A DNA stretch of 61,867 nt, filler included, from 4 parts of 4 records of this genome joined end to end with filler, not necessarily neighbours in it; one strand, 5' to 3'. Counted from the first letter of the whole stretch, positions 31,284 to 41,300 are shown. The notes: generated from the letters alone by a model not told the origin. Program-made: numbers and translations.

Positions 31284-31853
31284 TTGACATTCTCTCTACT
31301 ACCACCCGAACTCGAAAAGCGAGCATTCAAAATCCTTCGCGGTTGCCAGTCTGTTCTCGACGACATCATTGGACCACCTCGACTTCGGTTTGATGCTGTA
31401 TCCATTCGACAGGCGAACTACGGCCCAACGATTGCGATTGACGGTGACAACGCAACTCTCTTGGTTGGCCCAAACGCAACGCATTGCGAATCATCGCTCG
31501 TGTCGAACATCGCACATGAATGCGTGCACTTACACATGACCGACGGTTGTTACGGGAACGCAAGCGGACTTGAAGAGGGTTTCGCCGTTCATTTCGAGCT
31601 ATCAACCGTCTGTCAACACCACGGGGCCGACGAACGCGAACGGCACATCAATGATTTGCCCGCTACCTAAGTAACTGCTCTACGGGACTACGAGCATCTA
31701 TTGACGATTGAGAGCAATCCTGCTCGCCTCGTGCGACAACGTCATGGTATGCTGTCGGGCGTGTCGCGACGCAACTTGCGACGGATCTTCCCCGATATTG
31801 GCTGGTGGGCGGCCTATCGTTTGGCGCGTTGTCGGCGGATGCGACTGGGGTAA
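31284..31853 (+). pseudogene. Cassette gene: HEXXH zincin-like protein interrupted by an in-frame TAA at 31668-70
   Basis: AHECVHLH...LEEGFA motif; the frame stays open 60 codons past the stop to a TAA inside the attC R''. Confidence 0.7.
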
Positions 31854-31936
31854 CTATGCCGTGCAACGGAGGGTGGCACAGCGCGTTTACAAATGGAAAC
31901 TCAACACGCCGTCCCCGGTAAATGCCACCGTTACCC
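31848..31936 (+). repeat. attC site
   Basis: GGGTAAC...CCGGTAAATGCCACC-GTTACCC. Confidence 0.8.
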
Positions 31937-31962
31937 GACTGGGATACTCGAACTTTGACACG

Positions 31963-32370
31963 ATGAGTGATTCCGACACAATCGAGTTGTTCCACGAACT
32001 CAATTCCCGCTACCCGATGGCTGCTGCGGGAATGATTGACCAACTGTGCTCCGGTCTTGGATGTTTGCTGCAACAGGACTCCGGTGATCACGAGACCATT
32101 GCCGAATTGTGCGATACCCTCGCTCAGTGTTTTCGCCCCTTGGATGCAACCACTCCTGGTAGTTCCTATCCTTGGGACGCGGCAAACGGGAACTTTGGAC
32201 GCTGGCTCATGCGTGACTCACCGCGGTATAGAACTGCGGTGACCGCGATCACGGGATGGACCGATGATCAACTGGCTCAGTGCAAATCGTTTTTTATTGA
32301 CATGGTCCGCATCACGCGCGATGATTGGGTTCGTGCGGCCAACGAACTGGACGCAAATGACGGCGGGTAA
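31963..32370 (+). CDS. Cassette gene: hypothetical protein
   Basis: ATG 33 nt after R'; stop codon within R'' (CGGGTAAC, exact complement of GTTACCCG). Confidence 0.7.
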   Translation: MSDSDTIELFHELNSRYPMAAAGMIDQLCSGLGCLLQQDSGDHETIAELCDTLAQCFRPLDATTPGSSYPWDAANGNFGRWLMRDSPRYRTAVTAITGWTDDQLAQCKSFFIDMVRITRDDWVRAANELDANDGG

Positions 32371-32454
32371 CCATCGGATGCAACGAAGGTCCGGTGGTTA
32401 GTTTCAACGAGTGGTGACTCGTCCGCCGGACCTCGCTGATCCGTAACGCTTTGT
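32365..32454 (+). repeat. attC site with degenerate R' (GCT instead of GTT)
   Basis: GGGTAAC..CGGAT..AGGTCCGGTGG/CCGCCGGACCT..ATCCG..GCTTTGT. Confidence 0.75.
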
Positions 32455-32544
32455 TGATGTTCGAGTTCGGAAACCTAATTACTACACTAAATACTCTTCA
32501 AGTATCGCGATCCAAGGAGCGCTACGCTTCCGGTTTATTGCCAA

Positions 32545-32997
32545 ATGAAACACCTGTACCCAACACGGCCGGCTGATTACGACGAGTGGATTAACGCCGA
32601 ATCACAAACGAACGACAAACCACTGATGTTGCGCATCAGACCTGACCTAGAAAAATTTGAAGGCAAACACGCATTCCAAGAAAAGCTTGTCTTCACTTGG
32701 GAGTTTGGTGATTCCAAAGAGTTCGCTGGTTTGCCGAGTGACGAGCAGTATGACCAGATGCAGCCGTTCGAGGACGCACTTGTCGATGCACTTGAATGCG
32801 GACGCTCAGCAATTCTTGCGTATACACATACCGGGCACGGTATGTGTGAATGGCATTTCCACATCACATCATTGGATGCGATCAAACTTGAACTAGACCC
32901 TGTTTTGAATCGCTTTCCGGGACTTCCGCTCAGAATTGAGAGGCGTGACGATGCCGACTGGTCTGAATACATGACGTTGATTCAACGCCTTCAATGA
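32545..32997 (+). CDS. Cassette gene: DUF695-like protein
   Basis: GLPSDEQYDQMQPFEDAL, TG.G.CEWHF, DADWSEY pattern. Confidence 0.7.
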   Translation: MKHLYPTRPADYDEWINAESQTNDKPLMLRIRPDLEKFEGKHAFQEKLVFTWEFGDSKEFAGLPSDEQYDQMQPFEDALVDALECGRSAILAYTHTGHGMCEWHFHITSLDAIKLELDPVLNRFPGLPLRIERRDDADWSEYMTLIQRLQ

Positions 32998-33023
32998 CAC
33001 AAGGCGAACGGAACGGGTATACA

Positions 33024-33112
33024 ACATAACCATGTCGTGAACCGAAGGACCGCATGCCGCGTTTACAAATGGAAACCACCTTGGCGGTCCTCGGTTACGA
33101 CTGACGTTCGTC
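33024..33112 (+). repeat. attC site
   Basis: ACATAAC..GTCGTGAACCGAAGGACCGC/GCGGTCCTCGGTTACGAC..GTTCGTC. Confidence 0.9.
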
Positions 33113-33173
33113 CTCAGATGATCAGCGTCACAGTCAAACGTGCGTTCCGCCTTGAATTCAAAGCGTTATTACA

Positions 33174-34775
33174 ATGCCCAATGTAGCCTTGTCGAAAGTC
33201 TGGTCTCCCCGTTTGGTCCAAGCATGCTCTATAACCGCATTGTGCTCATGCGCCGCGTTTGGACAGGGAAATGTCGTGAATATGATTCAAGGCACTGTAT
33301 CGAACGAAAAAGAAGAGCCGATTCCTAATGCCCGAGTCGACATTTCCACGGCCGCCCCAATGTCGGGTCCAGCGATCTTTTGCCCAAGTTGTTATCTGGA
33401 TTGCCAAAAATGGACGACGACCAACGAAGCGGGACATTTCAAAATCGCTGATCTTGATCCTGGGCTTAAGTTTCGGATCGTCGTTTCAGCGACTGGGTAC
33501 AAGACAGCACAAACGGAACTCATTGCACCCCGCGGAACGAATCGCGATTTGACTCTGCGCGAACGGCCTACCACCGTGGATCCCCAGCGAGTCGTTTCCG
33601 GAACGGTCCAGAATGAAACCGGAATCCCTATCCAGGGTGCTCTTGTGACCCCTGCAAACACGATTGACAAGCAAGGTCTTCGATCATCCTCATCGCAAGG
33701 CGTCAGTCCTGCCATTACCGACATGAATGGACACTTCGAGATTGACCTCGTCGACGGTGTGTTTGGCGTCGATGTCGAGATATCAGCGGAGGGATTGTCG
33801 AGCAGGAGATTCATCGATCTCCAACCCGACTCGGATCGAAGCTTTTTCGAACTTTTGGAGGGCGCCCACGTCACCGGTCGCGTCACAAGCAACGCTAAGT
33901 TCGTTCAGGGAATGACCGTCTCCGTGGCACAGACTGACCAGAGTTACAGAGGCGAAAAGTTTTTTCAGAAAGCAATACCCGTGACCACTGATGCGGAAGG
34001 AAGATTCGAATTCAAAAATCTATTTGCCGAACAAGAGTACTGCGTCTACACGGTTGTTGGCGACGGGGACCGATCAGACTCCGATAAAATGATCATGACT
34101 CAGAAGTTCTTTACGCCGCCCAATGGCAAGGCATTGCACATCGGCTACTTGACCACCGTTGCCCCAGTTTCGATTAGCGGTCGACTGGAGACGAGCGATC
34201 AACATTCGCTTGGGGATTTAGTCCTTTCTCTCCGGCGGGATCCTGCTTGGGACCTGATTCGAGTTCCAGTCTCAAGCGATGGCACCTTTCGTGTCGACGG
34301 CCTCCCGCCTGAGGTCTATGAAATACGAATCGCGTCTAATCGATTTGAGTTGGATGCTGACAAGATTGACACGCTATTGTGGACGGAAAAGTCAATTAAG
34401 CTGTTGGTCGAAAAAACGATCGACGATTTCCTGCTGCCAGTAACCGCCATCGAAAGTGGAAACCGGAACACGAAACAGAACGGCACGCAAGTGCTTAACG
34501 GTCGCGTAACGTTAAATTGCGGCAAAGGCGCATCAGGAATCATCGTATCGGCCAACAACGGCAATTCCCCCAAAACCACCACTTCCGACGATGGTTGCTT
34601 CACGCTCGAATTCCTTGTAGGTACCGACTGGATCAAGCTCTACAGGCCAGATTCTGATGGAATGCGATTCTCGTATTTGGGTAGGTTCAAGCCGAAGTTT
34701 GTCGACAACGACATCAACATTCAACTTGGCCCGGAAACGACGTATGAGCCCAACATGTTGTCAGTCAAACATTAA
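33174..34775 (+). CDS. Cassette gene: secreted protein with repeated carboxypeptidase-regulatory-like beta-sandwich domains
   Basis: Repeated G.V.NE.G.PI..A.V and TD..G.F units; CPSCYLDC motif. Confidence 0.75.
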   Translation: MPNVALSKVWSPRLVQACSITALCSCAAFGQGNVVNMIQGTVSNEKEEPIPNARVDISTAAPMSGPAIFCPSCYLDCQKWTTTNEAGHFKIADLDPGLKFRIVVSATGYKTAQTELIAPRGTNRDLTLRERPTTVDPQRVVSGTVQNETGIPIQGALVTPANTIDKQGLRSSSSQGVSPAITDMNGHFEIDLVDGVFGVDVEISAEGLSSRRFIDLQPDSDRSFFELLEGAHVTGRVTSNAKFVQGMTVSVAQTDQSYRGEKFFQKAIPVTTDAEGRFEFKNLFAEQEYCVYTVVGDGDRSDSDKMIMTQKFFTPPNGKALHIGYLTTVAPVSISGRLETSDQHSLGDLVLSLRRDPAWDLIRVPVSSDGTFRVDGLPPEVYEIRIASNRFELDADKIDTLLWTEKSIKLLVEKTIDDFLLPVTAIESGNRNTKQNGTQVLNGRVTLNCGKGASGIIVSANNGNSPKTTTSDDGCFTLEFLVGTDWIKLYRPDSDGMRFSYLGRFKPKFVDNDINIQLGPETTYEPNMLSVKH

Positions 34776-34803
34776 TGCATAGCGGATTGCCAGAAAGACA
34801 ACG

Positions 34804-34933
34804 GACGAACCATCGGTTGCACTGGAGCGGCAGTGGTTGCCGTTTTCGCGATGGCAGAATCGTTCGCCGCCCCTTCGCGGCTCCGCCACTACCGGCTCCG
34901 CGACGATCCACCCGGTTATCCTGGGCGTTAGCG
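34804..34933 (+). repeat. Terminal attC site
   Basis: R'' GGACGAAC is the exact complement of GTTCGTCC (33106); GAGCGGCAGTGG/CCACTACCGGCTC stem; CGGTTATCCTGGGC-GTTAGCG. Confidence 0.75.
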
Positions 34934-35190
34934 TCAGTCGTACAGTCCCTCGACCGCTTCATCAAACTCCTTCTCCCCCGGCTCAGTGTACCGCCAGATG
35001 TACTTGGTGCTCGAGTGGCCAGAGAGCTTCATCGCATAGCGAATGTCTTTCTCGGCAGCCTTCCGCAAAGCGGTGTGTCTGAGCATGTGTGCAGTTAGGC
35101 GGATGTGCTCGGACTTCGGTAAAGTCGAATTCGCCTGGGCAGCGATCGCTGACAATGCATCGTTTAGATTAGATCCCGCTAGCTCCTGGC
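34934..35190 (-). pseudogene. Tyrosine recombinase C-terminal remnant
   Basis: HMLRHT...LSGHSS...IWRY catalytic motifs; no N-terminal domain or first catalytic Arg; 5' boundary approximate. Confidence 0.75.
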
Positions 35191-35387
35191 CATTCTTGGT
35201 TCCGCAGTCAATTGAGTAAGGTTTGGCCATCCGACTTGTTGAAGATCGCTTTGCCGACTTGCGTCGGCGACCGTGGGGCCGTCTAGACAAAGAAACATCG
35301 ATCGCAGACCGATCTTGTATGGTCCTGCTCGCGGCTATCGACGTGATAGCCGCGAGCCGAACTCGGTTTTATTTAGAAGTCCGGCGT

Positions 35388-36977
35388 TCATGCGGCCCGG
35401 CGGCCCGCAGATTGTTTCGGCAAGTTTACATGGCGATGTTCAGCACAACGAAGTCTCGACTTCCTGGTGCTAAACCCTGGCAACCAAGCGTAGGGTTGCA
35501 ACTTGCAGTCGCGAACGCGAATTGGCCGGCGATCCAGCCTTGAAAACCAAATGTTCCTACCCTTCGCGCTCTGCAAATAACGGCTATCGGAGGGAATAAG
35601 TCGCTCGAGATAGGGTTCCATCAAATCGGCCGCAACTTCGTCCAAACCACCGCGTCGCGCGTGCCTTACCCAGTACGATTCGTGGCTGTAGCGGTGAAAG
35701 TAGTGCGATTTCGGTAAGACTTTGATCTTACAATCCGCAGCAAGCTTCCGGAGTAAGAATCCCCACGTGTCGAGGGCTCCAGCATCTGGATACCCGCCTG
35801 CTCTATCCCAAGCCTCTTTCGTGAACAAATAGTTTCCGCTCGACGATGGTGCCCGATTGGTCTGCAGGAAGGCTGACAGGTCCATAATCGCATCGTCGAA
35901 CGACCAGGTGTGAGTCGGTTTGTCTTTACCGAGCTCGGTTGTGAAGTATCGCATCTGTTCGAAAGCCACAGTATCGACTTCGTTGGCGATAAGATGCTCA
36001 CGAAGTGCATGGATTGAATTCGCTGCAAGGACGTTGTCGGAATCCAAGCAAAAACAAAGGGAGTTGCGTGAAGCTTCCACTGCGGTATTCCGGGCAGCCC
36101 CGCCACCGCGGTTAGACTCATGCCTGATGGCTCGAACCCCGTCTGTCGTCTTAACTAATTGTTCTACCAGCTGATGGGTCCCGTCGCTTGAACAGTCATC
36201 AACGATAATTAGTTCGTCGCCCTCATGTGGTTGGAAATTTGTCTCCAGAATCGAGTTAACTGATTCCATAATCCAGTCTTCGCAATTGTAAGCTGGAATA
36301 AAGAAGCTAATTGGCAGAGACTTCTTTTGAACCCACCAGACTCCAGACGGCATGGATCTGATTTCCCAACCCAACCTACCGAAGAAATCGTCCACGGCTG
36401 CCTTAACTCCGGGGAAACACTCGTGTCCATAATCGTGTCCGGCAATGATGCCACCATCACGTACGGCAAAGAACCAAGACGCAATATCTTGCCAAACACC
36501 AGCTCTGCTATGATCCGCATCCAAGTAAACGAAATCGACGGATTCTGGAGCGAAGCTCGTCGCTGCGGCTTGAGAGTCTTTTCTGATTAATCGAAAGCGT
36601 TCATCGAACCGGCCCAGCCGATGCAGAGTTTGGCTATGCAATTGATCGAAATCAGCTTGTGGCAGATTCATCGGATCAGCGTAGTTTTTGCGATGCAAAT
36701 AATTGTCTACACCGACGAGCTGCCTGACTCGCGTGCGTTCAAGGATAGCCTCGCAATGGCCTCCAAACGCAACACCGATTTCCACGCCGCAATCTAGATC
36801 ATACTCCTGGATTACGCTGCGAAAATCTTCGTAGCCGTCCTTCCACGACCGTTCATGCCGTGTTCGCAAAAGATCCAAGTCGACTTTAGTTCGAAACAAC
36901 CTGCCATCTCCCCTGCGATGAACCTTGCGACGAAGCACACTTTCGTCATTATCGGCACCTCTGGAGCTGGCAGACAA
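35388..36977 (-). CDS. Fusion of class I SAM methyltransferase (Methyltransf_24-like) and GT2 glycosyltransferase
   Basis: VEIGVAFG, DFVYLDADH, GGIIAGHDY; then FIPAYN, IVDDCSSD, ARN, CLDSD; start codon uncertain. Confidence 0.8.
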   Translation of the reverse strand: MSASSRGADNDESVLRRKVHRRGDGRLFRTKVDLDLLRTRHERSWKDGYEDFRSVIQEYDLDCGVEIGVAFGGHCEAILERTRVRQLVGVDNYLHRKNYADPMNLPQADFDQLHSQTLHRLGRFDERFRLIRKDSQAAATSFAPESVDFVYLDADHSRAGVWQDIASWFFAVRDGGIIAGHDYGHECFPGVKAAVDDFFGRLGWEIRSMPSGVWWVQKKSLPISFFIPAYNCEDWIMESVNSILETNFQPHEGDELIIVDDCSSDGTHQLVEQLVKTTDGVRAIRHESNRGGGAARNTAVEASRNSLCFCLDSDNVLAANSIHALREHLIANEVDTVAFEQMRYFTTELGKDKPTHTWSFDDAIMDLSAFLQTNRAPSSSGNYLFTKEAWDRAGGYPDAGALDTWGFLLRKLAADCKIKVLPKSHYFHRYSHESYWVRHARRGGLDEVAADLMEPYLERLIPSDSRYLQSAKGRNIWFSRLDRRPIRVRDCKLQPYAWLPGFSTRKSRLRCAEHRHVNLPKQSAGRRAA

Positions 36978-36999
36978 ACAAAATAGGTCACTTTATTCG

Positions 37000-37719
37000 C
37001 TATCGTTCAAGTTCTCGGGGCACAACTTTTTCACGCCAGAAATGCTTGAACAGAACCTCGCCTTTTGCATCCAAGATTCGGTCATAACCACTGTTGGTGT
37101 CTCGCTCCTCGCGGAGGAGAATACCGGCACTCTTGGCTGTGCTTGAGTGGTAAAACTCATACAACTGCCTGCATAAGTGGTGATAGTCCTGCCTCAATAT
37201 TCTGTTGTCCGTTTGGTACGCATCTTGCAAAGCGCTAAGGATGATCGGATTTCTTGGGCAAGCAGCGAGTATTCCTTGGAAAATGGCGCCCGGGTAGGCC
37301 GCTGAGTTTACCGATAAGAAACTGCACTCTTCTAAGAGACTGGCAACATTCCCACACACCATTGCATCGCTATCAACGAACAGTCCCCCGTTCAAAAAGA
37401 GGTAGTAGTAGCGAAAGAGGTCTGCCTTGTGCGCCCCACACTTCAGCAAACGAAACTGTTTTGTGATTTTCGGAAACGCCGCGTGCGGATGGTTCTTAAA
37501 GAATTCGATGATCTCCGAATCAGTGAAGTGCTTGTAACGCCACTCTGCTGGCAACCGCTCATTGAACATTTCTAGCACATAGCTCGGAGGCTGCCGCCGA
37601 TCACATTGAAAAATGGTCTTCGATATTCTCCCGGAACTACTGAGTTCACCGAACTCAAAAACCTTAGGGTGCTCAACACTCCTAAAGCGTTTTAGGAGCG
37701 ACTCGACTAACCTTGACAT
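37000..37719 (-). CDS. GT32/OCH1-like DXD glycosyltransferase
   Basis: ISKTIFQ, AHKADLFRYYYLFLNGGLFVDSD. Confidence 0.82.
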   Translation of the reverse strand: MSRLVESLLKRFRSVEHPKVFEFGELSSSGRISKTIFQCDRRQPPSYVLEMFNERLPAEWRYKHFTDSEIIEFFKNHPHAAFPKITKQFRLLKCGAHKADLFRYYYLFLNGGLFVDSDAMVCGNVASLLEECSFLSVNSAAYPGAIFQGILAACPRNPIILSALQDAYQTDNRILRQDYHHLCRQLYEFYHSSTAKSAGILLREERDTNSGYDRILDAKGEVLFKHFWREKVVPRELER

Positions 37720-37769
37720 GAAATATCCAGGGCTTCTTGTGAAGTTTGGTTGACAACATAAATAAGGCG

Positions 37770-37982
37770 TTCGATCCCGGATTTGCGCTGCGCTGGGAAC
37801 AGGGAAGATCTCGTGCAGTTCCCACTTGAAAGAACCGCTCGAGTACTTTCACTCGAGAGCAAACGGAAGCTCAACACCACCGACGCCTTCATTCATGACG
37901 TGCTCGTGGGCGGTACGAGCGCCTTGGAGATGAAGCCTCAGTCCCCCCGCCGCACAATCATATCGCCTTAACGCAGGCGATC
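37770..37982 (-). pseudogene. Decayed integron integrase fragment
   Basis: Manual translation 37941 to 37801: LRLHLQGARTAHEHVMNEGVGGVELPFALE*KYSSGSFKWELHEIFP, matching the IntI-specific insertion. Confidence 0.65.
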
Positions 37983-38307
37983 GCGGACAGGTTGTCTGAT
38001 ATCTTGCAGACTTCACCGTTCCAGAAGGTTTCGGGGAGATATTTTAGGATCTTCGGCATGACAAAGCTGTCCAGTTCTTGCATCGGCTTATTCCGTTCAG
38101 ACAGAGGTTCCACAATAATCTCGTGGAGGTTCGGCAATCCGACTTGTTGGAGATCGCTTTGCCAACTTGCATCGGTACGAGGTGGACCGGAGCGCCGAAA
38201 ACGGGACACTAACGTTCCGCCCCATTCGCTGCGCGTTCAGCTAGCCCAGCTACAATCGCTGCCTCGGAGAACTCTTGGCAATCCCTCGAAGCGTGACATT
38301 GATCGTC

Positions 38308-41300
38308 CTAAGCGCCCGGGTTCATCCATCGATCTCGTGATATTTGGAAACCCTCAGGTGTGGGCTTAAAAGGGTCATTGGGACTCTCATGATGACTCTG
38401 GAATCTGCGAAGTTCCGAATACTCGATCTGTGTGATTACAAAGTAGTCTTCGAGGCCGCCTTTAATTCGAATGAGGTCGCGCTTCCAGCTGTCAGAATAT
38501 GGTGCACGCACCCTGCCATCTCCATATTTTCGATTGTTTGCAAGACCAATGAAGCAGTGAATATCCAGTGCTGAAGAATCAACCAGAGCGGCAAATGAAT
38601 CCAAGTCCCTGTTCCAGGACAGTACGAACAATGCATCTACTGCACCGCGCAACCTAGCTCGCTGTTGGATGTCCGTAAGTTCACTACAAACGAGGACGCC
38701 GAATTGAAATCCAAAATGCTTGAACAATCTCTTTTGAGCATACTGCGACTCGGGACCGAACGTTAGCCCAAACATCTTCCAAAGGTTGTCGCGTTCGCCA
38801 TGAGCTGGCACGATTTTCTGTTGCGTGATTACCGACTGGTGACGATACCCCAAGCGATAGTCCTGCAGATAGATTTTCGCCTCGTTGAACACGTGCTTCG
38901 AATCTTCGTGCCTATATTCAGCTCCGGCAATCACGGAGATTCCGTACTGCCCGAAGTGTGATGCAAGAGTGGGTAGCCAACGTCTTGGAATCGAAAGCTC
39001 TGGAAACAACACGTAGTGAGGTCGACTCCGCTTCGGGACTCTTACAATTTGATTCGTGAGCTCTGTCAGGCGTTGATACCGGTCCAGCGAAAGATCCGGT
39101 TTTGCTCCCGCTGCCTTTGCCCAACTTTCATCCGACACAAGCAGGCTAACGACCGAAAGGCGAATTGAGGAATCCTTACGTGGGCCACCTATCACAAGCG
39201 CCTCATCGTCGCCTGAGACACTATTCGCCCTGACATAAGTACCTCTTAGTGCTCGGACGTACTTTGCTAGCAGGGCAGGGTTCGAGCTAGTCGAAGGCAA
39301 CACTTCAGTTACTTCAGAAGGAGATAGTGGGCGCGTCGGAAGCAAAAATGCTTGGCAAAGAACAGACTCTGAAAAAGGGGCTTCAACTCTAGCCTTCGAG
39401 AGAAACTCTGAGACCAGCTCTCGGGCATCTTCGTATGCCGGGAAGATCTGAAGTGTGCCTTGATCGTCGATGTTGTGTGGTAGTTCATGGACCGCGTCAA
39501 GAAATCTCTTGCGATATTCGCAATCGTATTCAAGAAGTGCCTCTTTCAACGGCCGCTTAGCCAGATCTTTGAGCCAAATATCCTGCGCATTGAGCCGAAA
39601 ATTTCCATCAAACGACAATTCGATCCATTCACTGATGTCTTCACCGGGCTGTAGCTTGTTTATCGCCTCAAAAAGCTTTTCGACAGCAACTAATCCAGCT
39701 TTGTCAGGGCTGACCGCACGCAATACAGCAAGTCTCAATTGTCGCCTAAGATATCTACGGAAACCCAACCAGACTTTCTGGGCTTCCTCCGCTCCAAGGG
39801 AACAAACTTCTTGCAACGAATCAACGGCTTGGCTCAGCCTTCGAACAAACCTTGTAGCGATCTTCCAGTCACAGCATTCAACGGCCAGTGATAGCATTCT
39901 GGGGAGGTAGCCTTCAAAGTCGAATATCCTGAACGGCGTAAGGAGGTGTCGCTCTGCAAAATCAAAGAACTCCGCCCTTGGCTCTCTCCATTGTTTGCCT
40001 GGTAGATCACGAGCGGCAGCCTCAAACTGCCTTAGCAACGATGCCAAACTTAGACGCTTAACTGAAAGTGAATCCGCTTTTCTAAGTGCATCTGCATCTT
40101 CGTTTGGAGCCTTGTTAGCTGTTAGCACCCGGGCTGCCGGGGATTTGGTAAATCCTTGCAGGTCAGGCATGAGCCGCCATTCACTCGAAACTTCATCAAT
40201 TCGAGCGCGAATGGTGTCTACGAAGTCTTGCCCAATGCTCCCATTTAGTAGAAAGACCTGCTGCTTTTCCGCCCCAAAGACCAACCTCGATTGTTCCGCG
40301 TAAGTAGGCGTATACTCTAGCCCTTCGCTATTCTTCCCAGACACGTTGAGATGCGGAATACTGTTACTCAGGAACTGCAGAAGATCTTTCTGGGTTTTGC
40401 AATGAGAGTTTTCGCGAATGACAAGAAAAATGTCATCGACGTATCGAGCGTAAAAGACGGGAGCGAGCTGCTTTTCAATGAGAATATCAAACTCACTGAG
40501 TAGTACATTTGCAATTACAGGGGAGCACGAGAGGCCCACAGGAATTCCGACGGGCTCTTGCGGATCAAATGTCGGCAGGCTTTCTGCCCACGTGCGAAAG
40601 GAACAAGTCAGTTGGGCTGTAAAGAGTTGCTCTGCCCCAGATAGGTCACTTCCGTTCGCTTCCCTGAAATTTGATGCGTCCAGGAATCCCGGATTTGTTA
40701 AAAAATCCGAGTCAATATTGTGATAGAAACGAGATAAATCCATCGTCATCGCGACTACTCGATTGCCAGATTCAAGCTCTCGGGTGATCGCTCTCAAGCC
40801 CTCGTCACGCCAATTGCGATAGGCATCAAAGTACGGGTAGAAGGATCCGATTGCTGTAGTATGGAACCTGCTTTCCTTGGACTTTGGCGTGTCCGAAGTC
40901 GTTAGTATGCGGCGCAAACGCGTACCCCGACTGGCACTCGTCAAACATGCGTCGAACTTGTGGCCAATCAAGTTTACCCATAGAGCACTGACGACGTGCA
41001 TCGCGACCGTAGGCTGCGCGACTGGACGGAAGGTCGCACGAATGTCACTGTTGAGTTTGGCCTGCTCCCATTCGTCCCACGGGTCTGAACAAATTACTGA
41101 GCGTGAGTCTTTGCCCTCCCAAGCGATAGTCTTGGGAATATAAGCATAGCGTCCGAAAAAACTGATATTGCGAAACCACCAGCTTTCTTCGTCCTCGGGT
41201 TGAGCCACCAGCTTTGTTCGAAGCGATGTCAGGTTCTCACTCAGGCTGGCTTCGAACTGCGCAAAGCCCAACCCAATTGCCTGGGAACGGTCGTAGAAGG

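Larger units (their letters stand above)
28799..34933 (+). mobile_element. Integron gene-cassette array (9 attC sites, 8 complete cassettes)
   Basis: Co-oriented short ORFs separated by 85-130 bp imperfect palindromes bounded by ...AAC and GTT...; each cassette's R'' is the near-exact reverse complement of its own upstream R'. Confidence 0.9.

Noticed and set aside
30305-32370. Long ORF calls 30305-31177, 30156-30518 and 31708-32370
   Set aside because: Their 5' parts run through attC sites; real starts are probably 30659, 30279 and 31963
28799-34933. Regularly spaced palindromes as a CRISPR array or REP cluster
   Set aside because: Repeats are non-identical, 85-130 bp, separated by whole genes and carry AAC/GTT cores, so they are attC sites; no cas genes seen
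37958-38209. 83-aa ORF downstream of the RT as a partner gene
   Set aside because: No recognisable motif or TM segment, and its 3' end merges with the decayed IntI fragment
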